A model generated the notes under the pieces. That model made no database searches. It saw only the letters and a program-made list of their open reading frames with translations, and was not told where the DNA came from. DNA of 64,000 nucleotides, from assembly GCF_009914755.1 (NCBI RefSeq), contig NC_060932.1. One strand, written 5' to 3'. Every line of letters begins with the position of its first letter. The stretch's first letter is position 1. Both the position numbers and the translations under genes were made by a program. Positions 33,363 to 49,215 of the stretch are shown piece by piece. Origin of the DNA: the human T2T-CHM13v2.0 reference genome, Homo sapiens.

Positions 33363-35645
33363 TGTATTAGTCCATTTTCATTCGGGTGATAAAGACATAC
33401 CTGAGACTGGGCAATTTACAAAAGAGAGGTTTAATGGACTTACAGTTCCACATGGCTGGTGAGGCCTCACAATCATGGCGGAAGGCAAGGAGGAGCAAGT
33501 TACATGTTACAAGGATAGTGATAGGAAAAGAGAGAGCTTGTGCAGGGAAACTTGCTCTTATAAAATCATTAGATCTTGTGAGACTTATTCACTATCATGA
33601 GAACAGCATGGGAAAGACCTGCCCCCATTATTCAGTTACCTCCCACTGAATCCCTCCCACAACATGTGGGAATTCAAGATGAGATTTGGGTGAGGAAACA
33701 ACCAAACCATATCATTTCACCCCTGGTCATTTCCAAATCTTATGTCTTCACATTTCAAAACCAGTCCTGCCTTCCTAACAGTCTCCCAAAGTCTTAACTC
33801 ATTTCAGCATTAACTCAAAAGTCCACAATCCAAAGTCTCATCTGAGACAAGGCAGTCCCTTCTGCCTACGAGCCTGTAAAATCAGAAGCAAATTAGTTAC
33901 TTCCTAGATACAGTGGGAGTACAGACATTGAATAAATACAGCTGTTCCAAATGGGAGAAATTGGCCAAAACAAGGGGCTACAGGCCCCATGCAAGTCTGA
34001 AATCCAACAGGGCAGTCATTAAACCTTAAAGTTCCAAAACAGTCTCCTCTCCTTTGACACCATGTCTCACATCTAGGTCATGCTGATGCAAGAGGTGGGT
34101 TCCCATGGTCTTGGGCAGCTCCACCCCTGTGGCTTTGAAGGATACAGCCTCCCTCCCGCTGCCTTCATGGGCTGGCATTGAGTGTCTGCGGCTTTTCCAG
34201 GTGCATGGTGCAAGCTGTCAGTGGGTCTACTATTCTGGGGTCTGGAGGACGGTGGCCCTCTTCTCATAGCTCCACTAGGCGGTGCCTCAATAGGGACACT
34301 GTGTGGAGACTCCGACCCCACATTTCCTTTCTCCACTGCCCTAACAGAGGTTTTCTATGAGGGCCCCGTCCCTGCAGCAAACTTCTGCCTGGGTACTCAG
34401 GCATTTCCATACATCTTCTGAAATCTAGGTGGAGGTTCCCAAACCTCAGCTCTTGATTTCTGTGCACCCGCAGGCTCAACACCATGTGGAAGCTGCCAAG
34501 GCTTGGGGCTTCCACCCTCTGAAGCAACAGCCTGAGCCGTACCTTGGCCCCTTTTAGTCAAGGCTGGAGCAGCTGGGACACAGGGCACCAAGTCCCTTGA
34601 CTGCACACTGAAGGGGGACCAAGGGCCTGGCCCACAAAACCAGTTTTTCCTCCTAAATCTCCAGGCCTGTGATGGGAGGGGCTGCAGCAAAGGTCTCTGA
34701 CAAGCCCTGGAGACATTTTCTCCATTGTCTTGGTGATTAACATTCAGCTCCCTGTTACTTTTGCAAATTTCTGCAGCTGGCTTGAATTTCTCCCCAGAAA
34801 ATGGGATTTTCTTTTCTATCACATTATCAGGCTGCAAATTTTCCACACTTTTATGCTGTTTCCCTTTTAAAACTGAATGCCTTTAACAGCACCCAAGTCA
34901 CATCTTGAATGTTTTGCTGCTTAGAAATTTCTTCACACAGATACCCTAAATCATCTCTCTCAAGTTCAAAGTTCCACAGATCTCTAGGGCAGGGGTAAAA
35001 TGCTGCGTCTCTTTGCTAAAACATAACAATAGTCACCTTTGCTCCAATTCCCAACAAATTCCTTATATCCATCTGAGACCACTTCAGCCTGGATTTCATT
35101 GTCCATATCATTATCAGCATTTTGGTCAAAGCCATTCAACAAGTCACTAGGGAGTTCCAAACTTTCCCATATTTTTCTTTCTTCTCCTGAGCCCTCCAAA
35201 CTGTTCCAACCTCTGCCTGTTACCCAGTTCCAAAGTCACTTCCACTTTTTTGTGTATCTTTTCAGTAGCACCCCACTCCTGGTACCAATTTACTGTATTA
35301 GTCCATTTTCACGCTGGTATTAAAGACATACCCAAGACTAGGCAATATACAAAAGAAAGAGGTTTAATGGACTTACAGTTCCACGTGGCTGGGAAGGTCT
35401 CACAATCATGGCAGAAGGCAAGGAGGAAAAAGTCACATCTTACGTGGATGGTGGCAGGCAAAGAGAGAGCATGTACAGGGGAAACTCTCTTATAAAACCA
35501 GCAAATCTCATGAGACTTATTCACTGTCATGAGAAAAGCACGGCAAAGACCTGCCCTCATGATTCAATTACCTTTCACTGGTCCCTCCCACAACACATGG
35601 GAATTCAAGATGAGATTTGGGTGGGGATGCAATCAAACCATATCA
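33363..35645 (-). mobile_element. Full-length THE1B (LTR 33363-33714, internal 33715-35293, LTR 35294-35645)
   Basis: Two direct LTRs tgtattagtcc...accatatca; THE1-int sequence; perfect 5-bp TSD tggcc (33358-33362 / 35646-35650). Confidence 0.96.
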
Positions 35646-35936
35646 TGGCCTTAAATCACAGTCCACATTGTTGCACTGCAGTGTCTAAGTCTGTTGCATA
35701 CTCTTGGTCTTAATTCTCCTGCACAGGAGAAGAACATAACTTTTGTTAAGACATGCACTAAAGTTAATCTCTTTGTTCAACTCATCCAAAGTGTGTTTAT
35801 TTGAAATATGATTACGTGCAAAATTTAACTGATTTAAAACAACTCCATCAGATTCTGTACCTTTAAATGAGTATTGTCTTCTTCAAAGTAGTCACTTTGG
35901 GAGACTATGGTTTTATTCCAGCCATCTGTCATTGTT

Positions 35937-36474
35937 TGTATTAGGGTTCTCTAGAGGAACAGAACTAATAGGATAGATGTATATATAAAGGGGAGTTTAT
36001 TAAGGAGTATTGACTCACATAATCACAAGATGAAGTCCCACAGTAGGCCATCTGCAAGCTGAGGAGCAAGGAAGCCAGTCTGAGTCCCAAAACCTCAAAA
36101 GTAGGGAGGCTGACAGTGCAGCCTTCAGTCTGTGGTTGAAGGTCCAAGAGCCTCTGGCAAACCACTGGTGTAAGTCCAAGAGTCCAAAAGCTGAAGAACT
36201 TGGAGTCCAGTGTTTGAGGGCAGGAAACATCCAGCATGGGAGAAAGATGAAGTCCAGAAGCGTTGGCCAGTCTAGTCCTTCCACGTTCTTCTGCCTGCTT
36301 TTATCCTAGCTGTGCTGGCAGCTGTGATTAGATGGTGCCCACCCAGATTGAGGGTGGGTCTCCCTCTCCCAGTCCACTGACTCAAATGTTAATCCTTTAG
36401 CAACACCCTCACAGATACCCAGGAACAATACTTTGCATCCTTCAATCCAATCAAGTTGACACTCAACCATCACG
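35937..36474 (-). mobile_element. MLT2A (HERV-L) solo LTR
   Basis: tgtattagggttctctagag...catccttcaatccaatcaagttgacactcaaccatcac. Confidence 0.9.
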
Positions 36475-36905
36475 CTGGTCTTACCATTTTTTAGGAATTA
36501 GGTGTGGTAGGTGTGGTTATCTTTTTAAAGAGTGAGAGTGAGGAGAGAGAGACTAAACGTTATATGACACAGCTCTATCTTCAGCTTTTTAACCACACAT
36601 GTAGAGAAGCCTCATACTTGGGACTTTTACTGGGTTCTATTTATGTTGTCATCTGAGACTTGACAGACATATGGGCTAAAGACATGTATGTGTACGGAAG
36701 TTCATTGTTTCTCATTAAGATTTACACTAGCCTAGGAACTACATAGCACCTGTGCCCTGGTTAGTGACAGAATGAATAGTCTAGGTGCAGTTTATAAAAG
36801 CTGCCGTACAGCAACTCTCTTTAGCTCCAGTGGCCTTTGTTAGATGTAAATGTACTAAAGTTAAGGAGGGAGGGAGAAGGAAATCTGATTTTGTGCTGTT
36901 TAATG

Positions 36906-37190
36906 TTTTTTTTTTTGGAGACGAGGTCTCACTCTGTTGTTTAGGCTGGAGTGCAGCGGTGCCATCTCAGCTCACTGCAAGCTCGACTGCCTGGGATCAG
37001 GTGATCCTTCTACCTCAGCCTTCCAAGTAGCCAGGACTACAGGCATGCACCACCACACCTGCTAATTTTTGTATTTTTTTGTAGACACGTCGTTTTTGCC
37101 ATTTTGCCCAGGCTGGTCTCGAATATCCGAGTTCAAGCAATCTGCCCACCTTGGCCTTCCAAAGTGCTGGCATTACACCGCACTTGGCCT
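36906..37190 (-). mobile_element. AluJ
   Basis: Dimeric Alu with J-type ggtgatccttctacctcagcc. Confidence 0.9.
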
Positions 37191-37319
37191 AGCAAGTGTT
37201 TTGACTCTGTGGAATTTTATATAATTGTATAAAAAGGAGCAAGTTGAGAAGAATGAGATGTAGAATTTTACTGAAGGTGAAGGCCAAGAATAGGTCTACT
37301 ATACTGTTAATATTGGTGC

Positions 37320-37938
37320 TGTAGTCTTATGGAGTATCAGTGATGCCAGTGGGCTTAGGGAGGCCTCTGAACACTGGTGAGACCTTGACCCCAGCCACTG
37401 TCCCGGTTCTTGACACCTTTGCGAGAGAGTTCAAGGACGAGTCAAAGCAAAAGTAGAAAGTATTTTTTGTCAAGTGAAAGTACACACTCAAGGGTGGGAG
37501 TATAGGCCTACTCAGGAGAGTATGTTATGCCCAATATGTTTGGGGTTTGTCAAAACCAAAAAATGTTTTTCAAATTAAGAGGCAGAATGATCATAAGGAT
37601 TTCTGGGAAGAGAATAAGATTTCTTGAAATTGAGGTGCCACTGAGTTTTATAACAAACATAGGTATACCTGGAACTGTCATGGTTCTGCTGAGATGTGGT
37701 TTAGTATAATAATGAGTTTATAATTGAACCTGGGGTACAATTTGAGTCAAATCCAGTGCCATGTTAGATCTAGCTTGTCTTAACTGGTATTTCTTACATC
37801 CTGTTTGTCAGGGTCTTATTGGCTCCTCCCCCTTCCCCATTCCTGTAGCTGGTTTCTGTGTTCCTTCTATGTTAGTCATGTGAAACTGTTGCCTGGTATT
37901 TCCTATTTCTTCTGTGACCACCCCATATTCCTGTCTCA
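37320..37938 (-). mobile_element. ERV1-type solo LTR (MER66-like; family and left boundary uncertain)
   Basis: Reverse complement begins tgagacaggaatatggggtggtcacagaagaaatagg...cagtttcacatgacta. Confidence 0.5.
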
Positions 37939-39573
37939 TAAGGAAGCAAGAAAAGGGCTCTCTTTCTCAGTTGTTTCAGGGAGATGTTCAAAGTTGTCAT
38001 TTTCTATAGATTTTCAACACTGCTCTGATACCCTTAACTCTCAGCTGATACCCAAAGACTTCCTACTTTGTTGGGAAAATGGAGTGTATAACATGTGTAC
38101 TCTCAGTTTTTCTACTTTCCACTTAATACTTGCTTGGATATATTTACATATATTCATATTTTGTAGTGAACATTTATTGATTACTTCTCCCAGGATAGAA
38201 ACCTGTTCCTTCTATCTAATTGTATGCTAAATTTCCTAGCCATCTATTTTAGGTGGTAATTCCTTTGGAACAAGATGTATGGAATCTTCAAGAGCAAAGG
38301 TGGTCTTGTTCTATATCCTTTCCTATATCCTTGTACTGATTATTCCTGTCCTTTACTAACCCTTCATTTTCCTGGCCAGTTCTTACTCAGTTATCTCCCT
38401 TTCTGTCTCCTTGAATCCCTTCATTGAGATAATTCACATACTGTACAATTCAGCCTTTCAAAATGTTGAGTTCAATGCTTTCTAGTATATTCTCAGAGCG
38501 GTGCAACTATAACCATAGTCTAATTTTAGAACATTTTGTTCTTTTGTTCCTCCTGAAAGAAACCCTGTACCCGTTAGCACTCAACTCCTCCCTTTTCCCT
38601 TCCCTCATCCTAGGCAACCACTAATCTTTCTATGGATTTGCCTGTTCTGGAGATTTCATATAAACAGAACCATACAGTATGTTGTCTTTTATGACTACTT
38701 TCACTTAGCATAATGTTCTCAAGGGTCATTCATGTCATAACATGTGTCAGTACTTTACTTCTTTTTTTATTGTGGTAAAATGCACATATAAAATTTTACC
38801 GTATGGCATTTGGTACATTTGCAGTGTTGTGCAAACATCACCACTATCCAGTTTTGGAATATTTTCATCACCCCAAAAGGAAACCCTGTATTCATCAAAC
38901 ACTCACGCCCCATTATTCCCTCATCCCAGCCACCAATCTGGCAACCACTAATCTCTTTTCTGTCTCTCTAGATTTGTCTGTTCTCATTACTTTATATAAA
39001 TGGAATCATACAGTATGTAATTTTTGTGTGTGTCTGGCTTCTTTTACTTAGAATACTGTTTTCAAGGTTTATTCATGTCGTAACATGTATAGTACTTTTT
39101 GTTTTCTTTTGTGGCCAAATAATAATCTGTTGTATGAATATGCCACATATATGTTGACAAATGTCCATCAGGTGATTTGTTTCCACTTTTTTGACCATTA
39201 TGAATAATGCTGTGAACATTTATGTACAAGTTTTTGTGTAGGTGTGTATTTTCATTGTGCTTGGATATATACCTAGGAGTGGAATTGCTGGGTCATATGG
39301 TAACTCTAGGTTTAAGTTTTTAAAAAACTGCCAGACTTTTCCAAAGGGTTGCACTATTTTACATTCCCACCAGCAATGTGTGAGGGTTTTACTTTCTCCA
39401 CATCCTTCTCAACACTTGTTATTTTCTCTTTTTGGTTGTTTCCATCCTGGTGGGTATGAAGTAGTATCCCACTGTGGGTTTGCCTTGCATTTCTCTAATG
39501 ACAGATGATGGTGAGCATCTTTTCATGTGCTCATTGGCTGTTTTTATATTTTATTTGAAGAAATATATATTCA

Positions 39574-40590
<1,017 letters not shown>

Positions 40591-41211
40591 CTTTTCACTT
40601 TCTTGATGGAGGCCTTTGCACAAAGTTAATTTTGATGTCCAATTTATCTTTTTTTTTGTTTTTGTTGCTTTGTGCTTCAGTGTTATATCGAAGGAAACCA
40701 TTACCTAACCCAAGGTCATGAAAATTACTTTTATGTTTTCTTCTAAGAGTTTTACAGTTTTGGCTTTGACATTTAGGTCTTTAATCCCCTTGGAGTTAAT
40801 TTTATATGATGTGAAATAGGAGTCTAACTTCATTCTCTTGTATATGGATAAACAGTTTTCTCAGCACTATTTGTTGTAAATACTATTCTTTCTCTACTGA
40901 ATAGCCTTTGCACCTTTGTCAAAAATCAATTTGTCATTGATACAAGGGCTTATTTCTGGACTTCAGATTAATAGAACTGATCTGAAAAAAAGCTAACTTG
41001 GATTTCAATACTAATTGTATTGAATCTGTAGGTCAATTTAGGGAATATTGCTGTCTTAACAATATTAAGTTTTGTGACTTATGGACATGGGGTGTCTTTC
41101 CATGTATTTAAATCTTCTTTAATTTTTTCCCAATAATGATTTGTAGTTTTCAGTATACAAATCTTACACTGCTTTTATTAAATTTGTACCTCAGTATTTT
41201 TTTCTTTTTGA

Positions 41212-41527
41212 TTTTTTTTTTGTTTAAAGATACAGGGTCTTGCTCTTTTGCTCAAGCTAGAATATAGTGGTGTTGATTTCAGCTCACTGTAGCCTTGAAA
41301 TCCTGGGCTCAAACAATCTTCCTACATCTGCCTCCTGAGTAGCTAGGACTACAAGCATGTGCTACTGCCCCTGGCTAATTTTAATTTTTTTTTTTTTTTT
41401 GGCAGAGACAGGGTCTTGCTATGTCTGGTCTTTCGCAGGCTGGTCTTGAACTCCTGGCCTCAAGCAGTCCTACTGCCTCAGCTTCCCGAGTTGCTGGGAT
41501 TATAGGTGTGAGTCACCATGCCTGGCT
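41212..41527 (-). mobile_element. AluJ
   Basis: ctcactgtagccttga...ctgggctcaaacaatc, J-type. Confidence 0.9.
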
Positions 41528-42324
41528 CATGCTATTTTAAACATGCAATTGTTTTCATAATTTCATTTTGGAAATGTTCTTTGCTAGTGTCTGGAAATAC
41601 AATTGATCTTTGAATATTGGTCTTGTATCCTGCAATTAGTTTTAATCTACTCAGTTCTTAAGACTTTTGTCAAATATCACGTGTTCCAGGAAGTTTTTAC
41701 ACATCCTTTAGAACTGCATTAGGTAACCCTTCTTTGTGTTGCCCTAAATCCCTCCCCGTACCCTCATTATACAATGTACTTCTATGCTGTTTTGTTGTTG
41801 TAGGTTTGTTTCTAGACCTCTCATCTAAACTCTTAGATTGATTTTCAGTACTGATGTTGCCAGCACATTCTCCACAAAGAATAGAGTTTTGGAAAAATAA
41901 CACCAATTAAAAAATAGAGTTAGAATTGAAAAAATTATGAGTTATCACATGCTTTATTACTTATTTATTCATTATCAAAAGGCAATTTTTTGAGTTCTTT
42001 AAATGAGTTAGCTAAACTCACATGCATATTGAATGTTCTTATAAATAAGTCTCTCCCATTTCATAAATCCTCTGATGCTTTGCTTCTCTAAACTTTTCCA
42101 GGAAAAAATTTTTGCAGGAGATTGTAAATGTGTTTAGGGGTGGAAAAGGTCGATAATGCTCCAGCACACTGAGAGTACCTTAGGAGCATGGAATTGTGTT
42201 TTATTTCTTGGTAGCATAGTCCCCGGTTGTTAGCATGATCCCTGATAACATGATAGGTATCAATAAATTAATTATTGAATTAATGTTTCTACCTGCAAAT
42301 CTTAAAGATAGCTTGTTCAAAAAT

Positions 42325-42430
42325 AACACATTTATTGAGCACCTACTAAGTACCAGTCACTAGTCTAGTCTCTGTTTTGTATAGTGATTAGAGCTTTCAA
42401 GGAGCTTAGCTTTTAATAAGTAGGGAGAAC
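42325..42430 (-). mobile_element. L2 3'-end fragment
   Basis: acatttattgagcacctacta...ttcaaggagctta. Confidence 0.6.
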
Positions 42431-42449
42431 TCAATATTTCCAGATAAAG

Positions 42450-42501
42450 TTTGCAATTAAAAGTAATTGCAAAAGCTGCAATTACTTTTGCACCAACCTA
42501 A
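42450..42501. mobile_element. MADE1 (Hsmar1-derived MITE), partial
   Basis: gcaattacttttgcaccaacctaa is the mariner TIR; the other TIR is incomplete. Confidence 0.85.
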
Positions 42502-43259
42502 GTATTTATTGACAAAAGCTATTGTTTTTACTGTTTTTCCTATACCAATGACACAAAATAAATATTTTGGAGCCTTCTTTGACTGTTCTTGTACTGTCCT
42601 AATGATCAATTGGTCTACTTATAATTTTTCCTTTTTCTTGTCTGTATAAATTCTCACTCATTTTTCTTGTCTGTTATGATCTGCCATCAATGTTAGAGAA
42701 CACAGACCTGTTAACTAGATTATAAATTTGACAACAGCAGCTGTGATGTGTCTATGCTCTAGTATTGTGTTTGGTACATACTATGTATTCATTAAGTGTT
42801 TATTGAATGAATAAAGAATGTCACTTATGATCTCAAAAACATCATACCTATGTTCAACAAAATAAAATTTCAAATCCCCTAATATACAACATTCATAATA
42901 GTCTGATCAATTTACCTTTCCAGCCACATTTGCATTGTTCCCTTTTTCCCACCTTAACACACACAAGCCTCCTTGAAGTTTCTTGAAAATACTGTAATAG
43001 GATGTTAATGGAGATGGAATATTAACTTATCAACTAGGAGTATAGAATAAAGCTGCTTTCCTTTTTTTACTTTTGGTGTGGATACTGTGACAGCAAATAA
43101 TGAAAACCTAATTGTTTGACACACAGATTTCTTATATATGGCATATATATTTGTCATATGTATATTTGTGTGTATATGTATATATGTACCTACTATATGT
43201 GTATATATGCATTTCTATTTTTGTGATTTATAGGCAAAAGGTGTTATATTAATACTTTT

Positions 43260-43530
43260 TGTTGTGAGTAAAAAAGAACTCACCTTACACTAGCTTAAGG
43301 AAAGAAAAAAGAAATGTATTCGTTCATATAACTGGAAAGTCCAATAGGTAACTGGATTCAGAGCCTCAGAGAATATCTTTAGGACTCTCTCCATTGGTCT
43401 CTTGGTTCTGTTTCCTTTTGTTTGCTTCAAAAATTTTCTTCTGTCTGTTCTGCAACTGGGAAAGACACACAGCTTCCATATTTAGGCTGCATTGTCCAAA
43501 ATTAATAGTTCCCTCACATATTTCTAATGC
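43260..43530 (-). mobile_element. Old MLT1 (MaLR) LTR fragment
   Basis: actagcttaagg...tcatataactggaaagtcca resembles MLT1K/L. Confidence 0.45.
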
Positions 43531-43566
43531 AAATGACAGAAGCAACAGCGTCAATAATAGTAATAG

Positions 43567-44066
43567 TGTGTCCAGCATTGGTTCCTTCCGGTGGGTTCTT
43601 GGTCTCTCTTGACTTCAAAAATGAAGCCACGGACCCTCGCAGTGAGTGTTACAGATCTTAAAGATGGTGTGTCAGGAGTTTGTTCCTTCCGATGTTCAGA
43701 AGTGTCTGGAGTTTCTTCCTTCCAGTGGGTTCATGGTCTCGCTTGACTTCAGGAGTGAAGCTGCAGACCTTCTTAGCAAGTGTTACAGCTCTTAAAGGTG
43801 CCGCGGACCCAGAGTGAGCAGCAGTAAGATTTATTGTGAAGAGCGAAAGAACAAAGCTTCCACAGCATGGAAGGGGACCTGAGCGGGTTGCTGCTGCTGG
43901 CTCGGGTGGCCAGTTTTTATTCCCTTATTTGGCCCTGCGCACGCCTTGCCGATTGGTCCATTTTACAGAGCACTGATTGGTCCATTTTACAGAGCACTGA
44001 TTGGTCCATTTTACAGAGTGCTGATTGGTCCATTTTTACAGAGTGCTGATTGGTGAGTTTACAAAC
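43567..44066 (-). mobile_element. LTR12 (ERV9) with U5/R and proximal promoter; distal U3 missing
   Basis: tgtgtccagcattggttccttccggtgggttcttggtctc...gacttcaggagtgaagctgcagacc; tandem gattggtccattttacagag repeats. Confidence 0.93.
43952..44053 (-). promoter_or_regulatory. Five tandem CCAAT boxes (putative NF-Y sites) of LTR12
   Basis: ATTGG at 43952, 43976, 44000, 44024 and 44049 (period 24-25 bp). Confidence 0.75.
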
Positions 44067-45548
<1,482 letters not shown>

Positions 45549-45616
45549 CAAAAACAAAGGTTTTTAGATAACTATTATTTTCACTGGCATGTCAGTATTG
45601 TATTTATTTGTTTCAG

Positions 45617-45657
45617 GTTTTTGCATCTTACATGTTCCCGATTGGCCATTGACTTCA
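45617..45657 (+). other. Candidate 41-nt internal exon of an unidentified host gene
   Basis: Acceptor tttatttgtttcAG| and donor |GTAAGC in a non-repeat island; two open frames (FLHLTCSRLAIDF; FCILHVPDWPLTS). Confidence 0.4.
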
Positions 45658-46654
45658 GTAAGCAATACTTTTTTTTTTTTTCCTATCTAAAAGTGTTTCA
45701 TCTGGCCAGTGTATGTATGCTTCATTCTTTTGCAAGTTGAACTGCTTACTTATATTATAATCTGCTTAGAACGACCTAAGAGATATCACTTACTGGATGC
45801 TATTCAAATAAAAACTGGATATCATATTTGCCCTAGGTTCCCCCACTTTAGTAAATAAAAAGATATTTGGACAAACCATAATAATTCTGGTATGGAGTGC
45901 TTTTGCCATTCTTCTTTATAGCAATGAATCTTCAGACAATACTCTCCAACACCAGTCTTTGTGTAGTTTCCACTAAGCTTTGTTATATAAAAGCAAGCAT
46001 CTCACAGACCGATATTGTTCACAGCCTTGTCCTGAACTCCTGCTCTAGTTTATTATGGTTGACTTGCTCTTATTTTTAGAGATTACTTCGTCTGTTTATT
46101 TCTTCACTTTATTCCTCTGATATGGAGCTATTCCAAGAATGTCATTCTCTGTCTATAATGTTTGGATTCACTGCAATTCCATTCTCTCTTTCTAAACTGT
46201 CTTTGGTTCCCCTTTATAAATATGCTTCTTGGTCTTCCCTGGTTCTTGGGACTCCCTGCGTTGTTTCAGTGTTACGAGTGGTACTTGGCTGGTAGACATT
46301 TTCATGAACTTTAGTAATTGTAACTGGTGGGTTAAAAGAAAGCCCTTGGGAAGAGAAATACATTGTTTACCTTAGAGCATTCTTTGATTTAAATGTTTAC
46401 TTAGCGTACACCAAATGTGTACTTAATGATTAGGATCTGCCAAAGATACAAAGGAGATAGAAGATATTTCTAGCCCTTGTTGTGAAGTAACTTTAAATCT
46501 AGACTTTTAACCATATTACAATGAATGCCTGTGATAGCAATCACAATATCAGCATTGTAGCTATTAAAAATTTTTACATGGAAGGATTCTTGGCAGAGCC
46601 ACAAGAATGTGTCCCTTTTTACTATCATAAGGTCCTAATTTATCTGACAGTGGA

Positions 46655-47105
46655 CTCATATCCAGAATATATAAAACTCACACAAATCAGTAAAAGAACA
46701 TATCACTCAATTAAAAAATAGGAAAGACACTTATGAGATTACTAGATAAAAGAACTTATATAAATGTCCATTGAACACGTGGAAAGTGCTCAACTTCATT
46801 AGTCGCAGTGGGAATACAGAATAAAACCACAGTGAAACACTACTGTGTGCCCACTAGAGTGGCTTAAAAAAGAGACAATAGTAGGTGTTTTAAGGTTATG
46901 GAACAATTGCTACTCTGATACACTGTTTTTAGCAGTTTAAACTAAAGTCAACTGTTTTGGAAAATGGGCAGTATCTACCAAAGCTGAACATATGATACCA
47001 TATGACCCAGAAATTCCATTCCTAGGTATATACTCAGCAGAAATGAATGCATGTACTCACCAAAAGAAAAGTAAAGAATGTTCACTGCAACAATGTTTAT
47101 AATAT
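46655..47105 (+). mobile_element. L1ME-type ORF2 end / 3'UTR fragment
   Basis: atatccagaatatataa...ccatatgacccagaaattccattcctaggtatatac. Confidence 0.75.
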
Positions 47106-47204
47106 TCCTATATTAGTTTCCCATTGCTGCTATAACAAATTACCACAAATACTGGTTTCAAAGGTGGTGAAGTGAAGCTGGCTGCACTCCCCCACCACAG
47201 GAAA

Positions 47205-47302
47205 TATGTATTTATATAATATATATTTATGTTTTATATATAATTTATATATATAAACACACACATACACACACACACACATATATATATATATACACAT
47301 AC
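47205..47302. repeat. (TA)n/(CA)n compound microsatellite
   Basis: tatata...cacacacac...atatatat. Confidence 0.9.
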
Positions 47303-48190
47303 AGCACTGAGATTATCACCAGTAATATCCCAGAATTCAAATATGAGGAAGAGACAGTTCCTGAGACTACAGAGAATTGAAAAAACTCTGAACGGATTAA
47401 GAGAATTGGATTTCCATGATGCTCCTCCCCACAATCTGCCTGGCACCAGATATGCCTAAAGTTTCCCCAAAACTACAGTTTCTACACTGGAAAAAGTGAG
47501 ATCAAGGTGGATAACTAGTTTTGCTTCTAACTTCAGTTCCCTAGCAGGAGACTGTCCCTGCCTCAACCCAGGGGAAACATCAGGAGTACCTGAAGGAAAA
47601 ATTATCCTTGAGGACAACCAAACACAAAGTGGGAGGGCAGGACCACTATCCTCAGCATGGAAACCCTGCTATGTAAGTCAGCCAAAGGAGATGCCATGCT
47701 GTAGAAGGTTTGTTCCACAGGTCCCCTGGGCATGAATCCCTAGCCAGCCTTCCCACACTATAAGGCTATCCCCTTTGGGACTCATTTGGAATGGGTGGCA
47801 CTCTGAATATTTACTACAACCAAGGCAAACTTGGGTTTAATGCACCAACTAGTGCCAAAACGGTGGCAGCAACATGGCAGAAAAAACAAACAACCATAAG
47901 AAAGAAAATCAACATGTAAATCACAAAGCATCTGTAAGCAAACATATCCAATAAAAACCACAATAAGCCAGATAGGTAAGACTGGAATAAATAACTAATC
48001 CTTGAATGCAAAGATGTAAATGTACATTCAAAAAAACAAGAGCAAAGAGGGAACCATGGTCTCCTCAAATGGAGAACGAATGAAACCAGTGGCTGACCCT
48101 AACGAGACAGCCATATGTGAACTCTCTTAAGAATTCAAAATACCAGTTTTAAGGAATCTAAATGATCTCCAAGATAACATATAAAAACAA

Positions 48191-49215
48191 AAAAAGAGCC
48201 CATATAACCAAGACAATCCTAAGTAAAAAGAACAAAGCTAGAGGCATCATGCTACCTGACTTCAAACTATACTACAAGGCTACAGTAACCAAAGTAGCGT
48301 GGTATTGGTACCAAAACAGATATATAGACCAATGGAACAGAACAGAGGCCTCAGAAATAACATCACACTTCTACAACCATCTGATCTTTGATATCCCTAA
48401 CAAAAACAAGCAATGGGGAAAGGATTCCCTATTTAATCAATGGTGTTGGGAAAACCGACTAGCCATATTCAGAAAACTGAAACTGGACCCCTTCCTTACA
48501 CCTTATACAAAAATTAACTCAAGATGGATTAAAGACTTAAATGTTAGACCTAAAACCATAAAAACCCTAGAAGAAAACCTAGACAATAACATTCAGGACA
48601 TAGGCATGGGCAAAGACTTTATGACTAAAACACCAAAAGCAATGGCAACAAAAGCCAAAATTGACAAATGGGATCTAATTAAACTAAAGAGCTTCTTCAC
48701 AGCAGAAGGAACTATCATCAGAGTGAACAGGCAACCTACAGAATGGGAGAAAATTTTTGCAATATATCCATCTGACAAAGGGCTAATATCTAGAATCTAC
48801 AAGGAACTAAACAAATTTGCAAGAAAAAACAAACAACCCCATCAAAAAGTGGGCAAAGGATATGAACAGACACTTCTCAAAAGGAGACATCTATGCAGCC
48901 AACAGACACATGAAAAAAATGCTCATCATCACTGGTCATCAGAGAAATGCAAATCAAAACCACAGTGAGACACTATTTCAACCAAACACTGATAAGTGGG
49001 AGTTGAACAGTGAGAACACATGGACACAGGGAGGGGAACATCACACGCCGGGGCCTGTCAGGGGCAGCTAGGGGAGGGATAGCATTAGGAGAAATATGCA
49101 ATGTAGGTGACGGGTTGACAGGTGCAGCAAACCACCATGGCATGTGTATACCTAGGTAACAAACCTGTACATTCTGTACATGTATCCCAGAACTTAAAGT
49201 ATAATTTTAAAAAAT
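48191..49215 (+). mobile_element. 5'-truncated L1PA (about L1PA6-7) with an internal deletion near 48975-48992
   Basis: ORF 48162-48968 [14 protein letters not shown]...; 3'UTR ending cccagaacttaaagtataat. Confidence 0.92.

Noticed and set aside
34073-35323. Many overlapping ORFs on both strands
   Set aside because: THE1 internal sequence; spurious or decayed MaLR ORFs
42450-42501. miR-548-like hairpin
   Set aside because: MADE1 copy lacks most of one TIR, so a full pre-miRNA stem cannot form
43950-44055. Regularly spaced 24-bp repeats resembling a CRISPR array
   Set aside because: Tandem units without unique spacers; these are the known LTR12 CCAAT repeats in eukaryotic DNA
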